Positions 24,681 to 32,000 of a stretch of DNA of 32,000 nucleotides are shown one piece after another (the first letter of the stretch is position 1; every line of letters starts with the position of its first letter). Both the position numbers and the translations under genes were made by a program. The notes beneath the pieces were generated by a model. It had not been told where the DNA came from, made no database searches, and saw only the letters and a list, made by a program, of their open reading frames with translations. The DNA is taken from the NCBI RefSeq assembly GCF_000092105.1, contig NC_014148.1:3600001-3632000 (forward strand), written 5' to 3'. Origin of the DNA: Planctopirus limnophila DSM 3776 (GTDB lineage Bacteria; Planctomycetota; Planctomycetia; Planctomycetales; Planctomycetaceae).

Positions 24681-27600
24681 CTATTGAACGTACATGAACT
24701 CGCTGGAGTTCAGCAGGATATGACAGAAATCAATGAGCACTTCGCGGATGGCCGTCTTTTGTGAACTCGATGCCCCCCCTTCGCCTTTGGGTGGTCGATC
24801 GGCCAGATGGCGATCATGGCCGGAGGCATCGACAAAGGGGCCGGGAGTGGGTTCAAACCGCCAGAAGGCCATGGTACTGGGCTGCAAAGTATCACTGGTG
24901 AAGAGGAGTCGCTCAGGTGTCAGGGCTTCAGCACTCATCCGGACATCATCGACCAGGCCATCAAACCGGGCTGATTCCGTGCGATCGCGGCCACCCACCA
25001 TGAGAGGCCTGTTGGTTCCACAGATCCCACCCACCAGTTGATGAGGCACTGTCGCAATCAGCAATGGTTCATCGTCATTGGCCAGATCTTTCAAATAGAA
25101 CGTGACCTGCCCTGGTTGCCCATTACGAGCGAGCTTGACGGCTGCGGCCGCATAGTAGGGCTGGTTGAGCTGAATATGATGATCAGAAAACAGTGCCGCC
25201 TCAGCCGTCTTGCCATCGGCTGTCTTCCCGACCATCTGCATGACCAGCGTTTGAGGTTTGCGCCGGCTTCCCTTGCCGGTAATTCCAAAGTTCCAGCCAG
25301 CCTCAGCCATGTCACCATTCCAGCAGGCGGCAATCGTACGGACAGCCCCCGTCTCGTAGATCGAACGCACCACGAAGTACGACTCAATGGTGAAGTCGCT
25401 TCCTTCCGGTGATTTGATGACGGGCCCGATAAAGGGAAGCTGCTTGCTGGAAACGACAGCGGCATGTCCATCGCGGAAGGGGATTTTATCGTGAAGGAAC
25501 TTCGCTTCGGCGGAGGTCGCTTCGGCGATGTTGATCGTGCTGGCCTGGGTTCCCAGGAAGTCGAGGGCGGCGTCGATCTCGAACGATTCGGGGTCTCGGC
25601 CCAAAGTCATCCGATAAAGATCGGTGATGATCTGGCGGTCATCCACCGCAGGCTTCGCTCCCTGAGCTTTCGTCACACGTTCGGCCAATCCCTTCGCCCG
25701 TTGTAAGGCCCACTGGCTGTTGAAAAGGAGCAGCGATTGCACGGGAGTGGTGGTCGAGTGCCGGGAAGCACTGCTGGTGATCCAGAAGGGAGCATCAAAA
25801 GCATCGAGCACAGGATTGCGGGTGTTTCGCATCGTTCGCAGAAAAATCGAACGGACAGGAGCTTCGGCGGGTGCACCAGGGCCACTGGTGGTTTTGAGCG
25901 AGAGTTCTCCCGAAACCAGATAGCTGCTATCCCGGAACTGTTCGGCATCGAGCCTGCGGACATCACCTCGCCAGTAAAGCGTGTTTTCGGGATCGATCTT
26001 CTGAAGTTCGGCCAACTGGGGATGTGAGGAAGATCTGCGATAGGTTTCACTCAGCACAATGGCTTTATGAAGTGGCTTCATCCGCCAGCCACCCGCCACA
26101 AAACGCGAAGCAAGATCATCCAGCAACTCAGGATGTGTCGGTAAAGAACCCAGTCTGCCAAAGTCGCTGGCGTTGGCCGCCAGGCCCCGTCCGAAATGCT
26201 GCTGCCAGATACGATTGACCATCACCCGGGCCGTCAATGGATGATCGGGGCGAGTGAGCCAGTTCGCGAGTGCCGCCCTCCGGCCAGACGACTTGCCTCG
26301 TGGCGTGTCAATCGGAAGTACCGTGGCTGGCGAGGCATCGAGAATGGTCAGGAACCCGGGTTCAATGGGTTCTTTTCCCTTTTTCGGAATGGTGATCTCA
26401 GCACAATCGAGACCCCATTCGGTCACACAGGTGGCCAAAGGAAGTGCTGGCGGCTTGATGGAATCGAACTTGGCCAGTTCTTTACGCAAAGCCAGAATCC
26501 GCTCTTTATCGGCACCTTTGAGACGACCATCCAATCGCTCCCATTCGTACTCCACCTGACGAAAGGCGAGCGCCGCCAACTGCTTCTCGATGGGCGTTCG
26601 CTCGGCAACCGGCTTCTCGAGAATCGCTTGAATATCGGGGGGGAAGCGACCTTCGGCCTGCTTCTGACCTTGATCTCGATATTTGGCTTCGAGTGCAGAA
26701 ATCTCCTCGCGAATCGACTTGGTGGCTGCTTCCCAGGGGGCGAGCTTTTCCTGGTAAGCCGCAAGTTCAGCATCGCTCGGAATCAGAAATTGTTCGTGCG
26801 TCTGAATTCCGGCAAAGAAACTCCGCAGCCGAAAGTAATCCTTCTGCAAAATGGGGTCGAATTTATGATCGTGACAACGGGCACACTGCATGCCCAAGCC
26901 GAGAAAGACATCGCCCGTGGTATCGGTGATGTCATCCAGGATGAGATTCCACTGGGTGCGTACGTCGCGGCTGTTGTACTCATAAATTCCATGCCGGAGA
27001 AAACCAGTCGCCACGATCGCTTCGGGCTCGTGTGGGAAGAGTTCATCCCCAGCCAGTTGCTCCTGCACGAAGCGGTCGTAGGGCTTATCGTCAGCAAAAG
27101 AGCGAATGACATAATCCCGGTATCGCCAGACATGTGGCCGGGCAGCATCCAGCCGATAACCATCGCTGTCGGCATAACGGACGAGATCGAGCCAGAACCG
27201 TGCTTGCCGTTCGGCATAACGAGGACTGCCCAGTAAACGATCCACCAGACGCTCATAAGCATCAGGAGCCGAATCGGCCATGAACTGCTCGACCTCGTCC
27301 CAGGTGGGTGGGAGGCCCGTGAGGTCGAATGTCACACGGCGAATCAGAGCTTGCCGGGAGGCTTCCCCTGCAGGGTCGAGAGGAAAGTTTTCCTGAGCCC
27401 GCTTTTGAGCCATGCGATCATCAATGACCTGACTGGTCGAATCGTGAATATGGCCAGCAAATTCTGGCGTGGGTTGTGCCCCTTCAAACAGAACGGGGAG
27501 TGGCTGAAAGGCCCACCACTGGCGATCTTCGGCGGTAATTACACCCGGGCGGCGACCACTGGCTTTGACCTTTTCTCCCGCAGGCCACGGAGCACCCATT

Positions 27601-28070
27601 TCGACCCAGCGGGTGATTGCGGCAATCTGCTGGGCGGGGAGTTTGCCCGTGGGTGGCATTTCGTAACCATCGTAGTTGATGGCTGAGATCAACACGCTAT
27701 CGGCGGGTCGATGGGGAACGAGTGCCGCCCCGGATTCTCCACCAGTCAGCAGAAACTCCCGGCTGTCGAGCCGCAAGTTTCCGCTTTGCTTGTCCGAAGA
27801 GTGGCATTTGTAGCAATGCTCAACAAGCACTGGGCGAACTTCCTTTTCGAAGAAGTTCAACTGCTCTGGTGTGAAGGACACAGAGTTGGTTTGGACAGGA
27901 GCCGGTTCATCCGCAGCACGCGCCCAGTGACAGGCAACCACGAGGAACAGAATCAATGCGGCGAGACATGGCGTTTTACACCAGACAACGCATGTTGTGA
28001 GCCATGAGTCAGCCATGAGAAAACCGGGTTCTCCCGCATTCGGCTCGATCCTGGTTGATCGATTCAACAT
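24681..28070 (-). CDS. Planctomycete cytochrome-c domain protein (PSCyt1 + DUF1549 + DUF1553) with a C-terminal LamG-like domain
   Basis: The haem motif CYKCH sits in FEKEVRPVLVEHCYKCHSS. The DUF1549-like block is IRRVTFDLTGLPPT and the DUF1553-like block is MQCARCHDHKFDPI. The C-terminal 250 aa resemble a concanavalin/LamG fold. An alternative ATG lies at 28016. Confidence 0.92.
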   Translation of the reverse strand: MLNRSTRIEPNAGEPGFLMADSWLTTCVVWCKTPCLAALILFLVVACHWARAADEPAPVQTNSVSFTPEQLNFFEKEVRPVLVEHCYKCHSSDKQSGNLRLDSREFLLTGGESGAALVPHRPADSVLISAINYDGYEMPPTGKLPAQQIAAITRWVEMGAPWPAGEKVKASGRRPGVITAEDRQWWAFQPLPVLFEGAQPTPEFAGHIHDSTSQVIDDRMAQKRAQENFPLDPAGEASRQALIRRVTFDLTGLPPTWDEVEQFMADSAPDAYERLVDRLLGSPRYAERQARFWLDLVRYADSDGYRLDAARPHVWRYRDYVIRSFADDKPYDRFVQEQLAGDELFPHEPEAIVATGFLRHGIYEYNSRDVRTQWNLILDDITDTTGDVFLGLGMQCARCHDHKFDPILQKDYFRLRSFFAGIQTHEQFLIPSDAELAAYQEKLAPWEAATKSIREEISALEAKYRDQGQKQAEGRFPPDIQAILEKPVAERTPIEKQLAALAFRQVEYEWERLDGRLKGADKERILALRKELAKFDSIKPPALPLATCVTEWGLDCAEITIPKKGKEPIEPGFLTILDASPATVLPIDTPRGKSSGRRAALANWLTRPDHPLTARVMVNRIWQQHFGRGLAANASDFGRLGSLPTHPELLDDLASRFVAGGWRMKPLHKAIVLSETYRRSSSHPQLAELQKIDPENTLYWRGDVRRLDAEQFRDSSYLVSGELSLKTTSGPGAPAEAPVRSIFLRTMRNTRNPVLDAFDAPFWITSSASRHSTTTPVQSLLLFNSQWALQRAKGLAERVTKAQGAKPAVDDRQIITDLYRMTLGRDPESFEIDAALDFLGTQASTINIAEATSAEAKFLHDKIPFRDGHAAVVSSKQLPFIGPVIKSPEGSDFTIESYFVVRSIYETGAVRTIAACWNGDMAEAGWNFGITGKGSRRKPQTLVMQMVGKTADGKTAEAALFSDHHIQLNQPYYAAAAVKLARNGQPGQVTFYLKDLANDDEPLLIATVPHQLVGGICGTNRPLMVGGRDRTESARFDGLVDDVRMSAEALTPERLLFTSDTLQPSTMAFWRFEPTPGPFVDASGHDRHLADRPPKGEGGASSSQKTAIREVLIDFCHILLNSSEFMYVQ

Positions 28071-28248
28071 GGCAAAATCCCTCGCAAACCCCGGCCTGTC
28101 GATTCATCAACAAATTGTGATGCATCATAAGAGATTACACTACCAGCAGGGTGGCCTCAATTCCTGCTGAGCGATGAATTCTGGAATACCGAACGAAACA
28201 TCGTCACGCGGCAAAAATTGTATTTCGCATTAAATTTTGCGTGCTTTA

Positions 28249-28794
28249 TCAAGCTGGAGATTTTGGTCTGGTTTGCAGATCGACCAACTGAGAACCACCC
28301 GGCAGATGACAGCCAAAAGCCTGCGGGCAGGCATGAAGCAGGCATGCGGCTACGAAGACCAGCAACCAGCCGACCGAATTCACAATTTCTGAGGTTTTGT
28401 GAAGTGAATGAAAAGCATCGCATCGCGGCTGACCGGGCGGAGTGATCAATTCCAGTAGTGGTCGATAGACCAGCAGGTAATCGCTGACGGCAAGAGTTCC
28501 CGCGAGGAGCAATAAACCGAAAACAACGCGATCGCGGCCCCACTTTCTGAAGCAGCACAAAACGCCTGCACAACTGATGGCACCAGCCAGACAGACCCAC
28601 TGAAAGCCGTAAAAAACAGGGAAACGGCGACTGACAAGCAGATCTTTCACAGTCTCAGAAAGCTCGGGAGTGGTCACTTCTCGAACCCCGGCAGCAACAA
28701 AAAGTGCCGCTGCCCCAAGCCAGAAGGATGTCAGGAATCTCGCTGCCGACGCTGTCTGCTCGATCCACCGCGGTTGGCCTCCACAAGCACTCAT
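28249..28794 (-). CDS. Hypothetical integral membrane protein (about 4-5 TM segments)
   Basis: The ATG at 28794 gives MSACGGQPRWIEQTASAARFLTSFWLGAAALFVAAGV, followed by further hydrophobic segments. It is co-directional with and upstream of the PSCyt gene. The tracked start at 28845 is TTG. Confidence 0.6.
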   Translation of the reverse strand: MSACGGQPRWIEQTASAARFLTSFWLGAAALFVAAGVREVTTPELSETVKDLLVSRRFPVFYGFQWVCLAGAISCAGVLCCFRKWGRDRVVFGLLLLAGTLAVSDYLLVYRPLLELITPPGQPRCDAFHSLHKTSEIVNSVGWLLVFVAACLLHACPQAFGCHLPGGSQLVDLQTRPKSPA

Positions 28795-29101
28795 GATCAC
28801 TGCACCTTGGGCTCTATTCACCGTAGACAACTTGGCAGGGAACAATCATCGCGCTGCTATTTTTGGTGTACCATCGCGATAACAATCAACATAATGAATT
28901 GAAGAGAGTTTTCACCAGAGAGCAAATCCAACGCTCCGCTCGCAGGAAATCACAGGGCTGAAGTTGTTTCCGAGATCCCAATACGTTTGGGACAGACTTA
29001 TCTTGCTTCAGCTTCGGATTCATCTTGATGTTTTCGTGACGAATCATGGGATTACCAAAACAATTTTGAGCAAGGAGTGAACCTTTCACTCTCAGGAAGA
29101 C

Positions 29102-29683
29102 GTGATCGTGACCAGTGCCCAGAAAGCTTACATCATGCTTGGTAAGGAATCGCTGTGGCACGTCGCAACCCGTTGTCACGAACTGTTCGATTCGGCAAAA
29201 ATCCCTTATTCGATTGCTGGTGGAGTGGCGGTCTGCCTGCACGGATACCAAAGGAACACCACAGACATCGGTCTCATTATCCAGGCGAATGATTCTCAGC
29301 GAGTCAGGGAAACTTTAGTTCATGCTGGCTTTGAATGGTTGCCTGAGAAAGTGGAGTTTCACAGTCCTGACGGAATTGCCATTCAGTTTCTGATTGCCGG
29401 TCACCTGGCAGGGAAACATGCGGAAGTTCGTATTCCCGAACCGACTGGCGAACTGAATGTCGAGCATAAAGAAGGTCTGAATGTGGTTCGTTTATCGAGG
29501 CTGATTGAAATGAAAATCGCCTGCGGAACAGGAAGTCTTCGCAGAACTCACAAGGATTTTGCGGACGTTGTGGAACTGATTGCCATTCGTCAACTCGATC
29601 CATCTTTTGCTCGACATCTCCACAAATCGTTAAGAAAAACGTTCAAAGAACTGGTACGGGTCGCTAACGACAACCAATCCTAA
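29102..29683 (+). CDS. Nucleotidyltransferase-fold-like orphan protein (193 aa)
   Basis: IPYSIAGGVAVCLHGYQRNTTDIGLII resembles the G[GS]-x(9-13)-D-x-D minimal-NTase motif, but it reads D-I-G. The start is GTG with AGGAAG 3 nt upstream, or the ATG at 29135. The local context is low in GC. Confidence 0.6.
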   Translation: MIVTSAQKAYIMLGKESLWHVATRCHELFDSAKIPYSIAGGVAVCLHGYQRNTTDIGLIIQANDSQRVRETLVHAGFEWLPEKVEFHSPDGIAIQFLIAGHLAGKHAEVRIPEPTGELNVEHKEGLNVVRLSRLIEMKIACGTGSLRRTHKDFADVVELIAIRQLDPSFARHLHKSLRKTFKELVRVANDNQS

Positions 29684-29746
29684 TCCCTATCTTTCCGTTG
29701 AATGATTTCCATCACACCCGTTGCTTTCACCCTTCATAAAAGACCG

Positions 29747-29778
29747 CAGGACTGGCCCCCGCCAAGGGGCCAGTCCTG
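29747..29778 (-). terminator. Intrinsic terminator for the minus-strand gene 29906..30280
   Basis: A perfect 13-bp stem, CAGGACTGGCCCC (29747-29759) pairing with GGGGCCAGTCCTG (29766-29778), with a 6-nt loop. On the minus strand it is followed by CGGTCTTTTATG. Confidence 0.65.
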
Positions 29779-29905
29779 GTAGATATCGCTCGCAAATCGG
29801 CTTTCCCCCGTGGTGCTTTCTCCTTAAAGCCATCGTTTCTGGCGCACGTTATGCCAGCCACGTCCTGAGCGAATGCGGCGAATGAGCTATTGACTTCTAT
29901 TCATT

Positions 29906-30280
29906 TCAGTTCGAAGCAATGACGGCTTCGCCAACCATTGGCTCGCGATGGGAAGGCTTCGTGTAACCCAGGCTGCGAACCACTTCCAGCACTTCGCTCC
30001 ACGTGGGAAACATGCGGCCACTTTTGCGCTTGTAGTCGTCCATGGCCTTCATGAACTCGACTTCATCGCCTGAGTAATCGCGTTCGCAGGTGGTCGGATC
30101 AATCATCCGGCGACGCTCCACTTTGCGGCGAGGTGCTGCAGCAGCACGCCTTTCGCCACTGGCGAGTTTTTCTTCGACCTTCGAGCGACGTTCGCCAACC
30201 ACACGGCGGTTGCGGTTTCGCTGCTCCGTCTTGGCAATCGCATCCAGTTTGGCGGCATCCATAGTCGCAGATCGGGGCAT
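29906..30280 (-). CDS. Small Arg-rich basic protein (124 aa) of unknown function
   Basis: The ATG at 30280 has AGGAA 6 nt upstream. An Arg/Lys-rich low-complexity N-terminal half is followed by the compact C-terminal block [48 protein letters not shown] strong terminator follows. Confidence 0.7.
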   Translation of the reverse strand: MPRSATMDAAKLDAIAKTEQRNRNRRVVGERRSKVEEKLASGERRAAAAPRRKVERRRMIDPTTCERDYSGDEVEFMKAMDDYKRKSGRMFPTWSEVLEVVRSLGYTKPSHREPMVGEAVIASN

Positions 30281-30672
30281 TTGTAATTCCTGAATCGAAT
30301 GAGGGTAAAGACGCATCCGTCTGTTTCATCAGACACATGCATGGGGGATATTCGATTATGCCCATATCTTTTTCGATCAGGCTGAGTTCAACTTCTTTGA
30401 CGAATTGATAATCTGCGGAAACATTGCGGCCGCATCGATTCTTCCGATTCTAAGGATTATGTCGAAAGCAACACGTTGTCATCGGCCAAGAAACCGTGTT
30501 GTGATCCCCCGATAGGGCAAGAAGACGCCAAACCGTCCAGAGCCAGTTTTCAACTTGCGTTTTGAGTCGACATCATCCCACGATACTTAACTAAGAATAA
30601 CGCACCACAGGGCTCCTGAACTGTTTCTGCCCCTGATTCGTTTCTCTCCCCCCCGTTTGAGAACTGCCGCTT

Positions 30673-32000
30673 ATGCAGACTGAACTGCCCAAGTCGCAAT
30701 TGATCAGCAATACTTCACCGAGCCGCCAGCAGTCGCCAGTCGGGATCATGCTGAAGCTCTGTCTTTGCGTGACGCTTTTGTGCCTCACAATGATCGACAG
30801 GGTTGTCGCACAGACCAGTCCTCCAGGTGAACCGAAGGCGAAAGCTGCGGGTAAGGCCGCACAAACTCCCGATCGCAATCGCGGGAAACCATTACCGCCG
30901 GGTGTGCGCGATTACACATCTCGCAACTTTCTCATGCATACCGATCTTCCGCCGGAGGAGGCGAAAGAGTTACTCACCCGGCTCGAAACAATGCTGACCT
31001 TGATCTCGAAATACTGGGGCAAACCCAATCGAGCAGTCATCGAAATGTATGTCGTGAAAGATCTCTCGGTCTGGCCGCCTGGTTCGATCGATGGGCGCGG
31101 GTTGCAAAGCATCGAAGCGGGTGCAGGAGTCACACTGGGTCAGACGGCGTTCATTGGAAACGAGGCCATTGATGCCAAGGCGGTCGTTTACTCAGTGGCC
31201 GACCGCGGGACACCGCAGCACGAAGCAGTTCATGCCTACTGCCAACTGAATTTTGGACGAACCGGCCCCACCTGGTATTCGGAAGGGATGGCCGAGATGG
31301 GGCAATACTGGAAAGAAAAAGACACTTCTGTAGCAATCCACCCGGTTGTGTTCGATTATCTCAAAAAATCCGAACTCAAGTCGCTAGATGAGATTATTGC
31401 TCCTGGTCAGACGACAGGAGATAGCTGGGAAAACTATGCCTGGCGCTGGGCTCTGTGTCATTTACTGGCGAACAACACCAACTATGCGGCACGTTTTCGG
31501 CCCCTGGGACTCTCGCTACTTTCCAGCAGGCCGGGAAGCTTTGAATTGACCTATGGCCCATCGGCTCGCGAAATCAGTTTTGAATATGATTTCTTCCTCA
31601 AGCACCTGGAACAAGGCTTTCGAGCCGATCTGTGCAGTTGGGATTGGCAGACCAAACCGGTGACTGTCAAAGGGACAGCCACCGTCCAATCCAAGATTGA
31701 TGCCAAAAAGGGATGGCAGGCGTCGAGGCTCCTGGCCAAAGCCGGTGAAACGTATCAATTCACGACGACTGGCACCTGGAAAACAGGGACTGAAGGGGAA
31801 GCGATTTCACCCGCAAATGCCGAATCAGAAACTGGTCGACTGGCAGGAGTCCTCTTCAACGATTACGAGTTAAGCGAACCCTTCCTGATCGACCTGACCA
31901 ACGGCTGGACAGCACCCAGTGACGGAGCCTTATATTTACGTTGTCACGAGGGTTGGGGCGCACTTCAGGACAACACTGGAACTGTGGCTGTCAAGATTAA
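30673..32000 (+). CDS. Secreted HExxH putative zinc metallopeptidase (DUF1570-like), partial (runs off the right window edge; absent from the supplied ORF track)
   Basis: The frame is open for 442 codons from the ATG at 30673 to the window end. The signal peptide MLKLCLCVTLLCLTMIDRVVAQ begins at the internal ATG at 30748, which is an alternative start. The HExxH motif lies in RGTPQHEAVHAYCQ. Confidence 0.8.
   Translation, partial: MQTELPKSQLISNTSPSRQQSPVGIMLKLCLCVTLLCLTMIDRVVAQTSPPGEPKAKAAGKAAQTPDRNRGKPLPPGVRDYTSRNFLMHTDLPPEEAKELLTRLETMLTLISKYWGKPNRAVIEMYVVKDLSVWPPGSIDGRGLQSIEAGAGVTLGQTAFIGNEAIDAKAVVYSVADRGTPQHEAVHAYCQLNFGRTGPTWYSEGMAEMGQYWKEKDTSVAIHPVVFDYLKKSELKSLDEIIAPGQTTGDSWENYAWRWALCHLLANNTNYAARFRPLGLSLLSSRPGSFELTYGPSAREISFEYDFFLKHLEQGFRADLCSWDWQTKPVTVKGTATVQSKIDAKKGWQASRLLAKAGETYQFTTTGTWKTGTEGEAISPANAESETGRLAGVLFNDYELSEPFLIDLTNGWTAPSDGALYLRCHEGWGALQDNTGTVAVKI

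Noticed and set aside
28886-29251. 121-aa minus-strand ORF overlapping the start of the NTase-like gene
   Set aside because: It overlaps the better-supported plus-strand CDS by 150 bp. It has no motif or SD, and the non-overlapping part would encode only an implausible peptide of about 50 aa.

Overview
The window looks like a chromosomal segment from a Planctomycetota-type genome. The evidence is two DUF1559 prepilin-like genes with their small lipoprotein partners, a PSCyt1/DUF1549/DUF1553 + DUF1501 pair, a DUF1570-like HExxH protein and a giant PQQ-like beta-propeller protein. All family calls rest on motifs read from the translations, because no database search was possible. About 25 CDS can be supported. 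Housekeeping genes are a MoxR AAA+ ATPase, an Rrf2-regulator/cysK operon and rlmN. Two CDS are missing from the supplied ORF track because they run off the window edges: 1..555 (-) and 30673..32000 (+). The most unusual item is a 141-aa ORF at 6808..7233 (-). It has 35 cysteines (25%), is built from two internal repeats, has no signal peptide, and sits on the same strand 0.8 kb upstream of the Rrf2/cysK operon. Second, the region downstream of rlmN (16.36-18.70 kb) looks like two nested insertions. One is a low-GC zinc-ribbon orphan gene and the other a ParD-like/zeta-like toxin-antitoxin pair, each bounded by direct copies of the same terminator-like hairpin. Other observations: an alpha/beta-hydrolase-like protein whose nucleophile elbow reads GHAMGG; four tandem near-palindromic 15-bp repeats between two large genes; a yoeB remnant abutting a pair of perfect inverted 33-bp REP-like hairpins; a tandem double cyanophycinase-like protein; a mirror-image duplication of the DUF1559 + lipoprotein module; and a nucleotidyltransferase-like orphan with a D-x-G motif. 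I found no rRNA, tRNA, CRISPR array, transposase or integrase.
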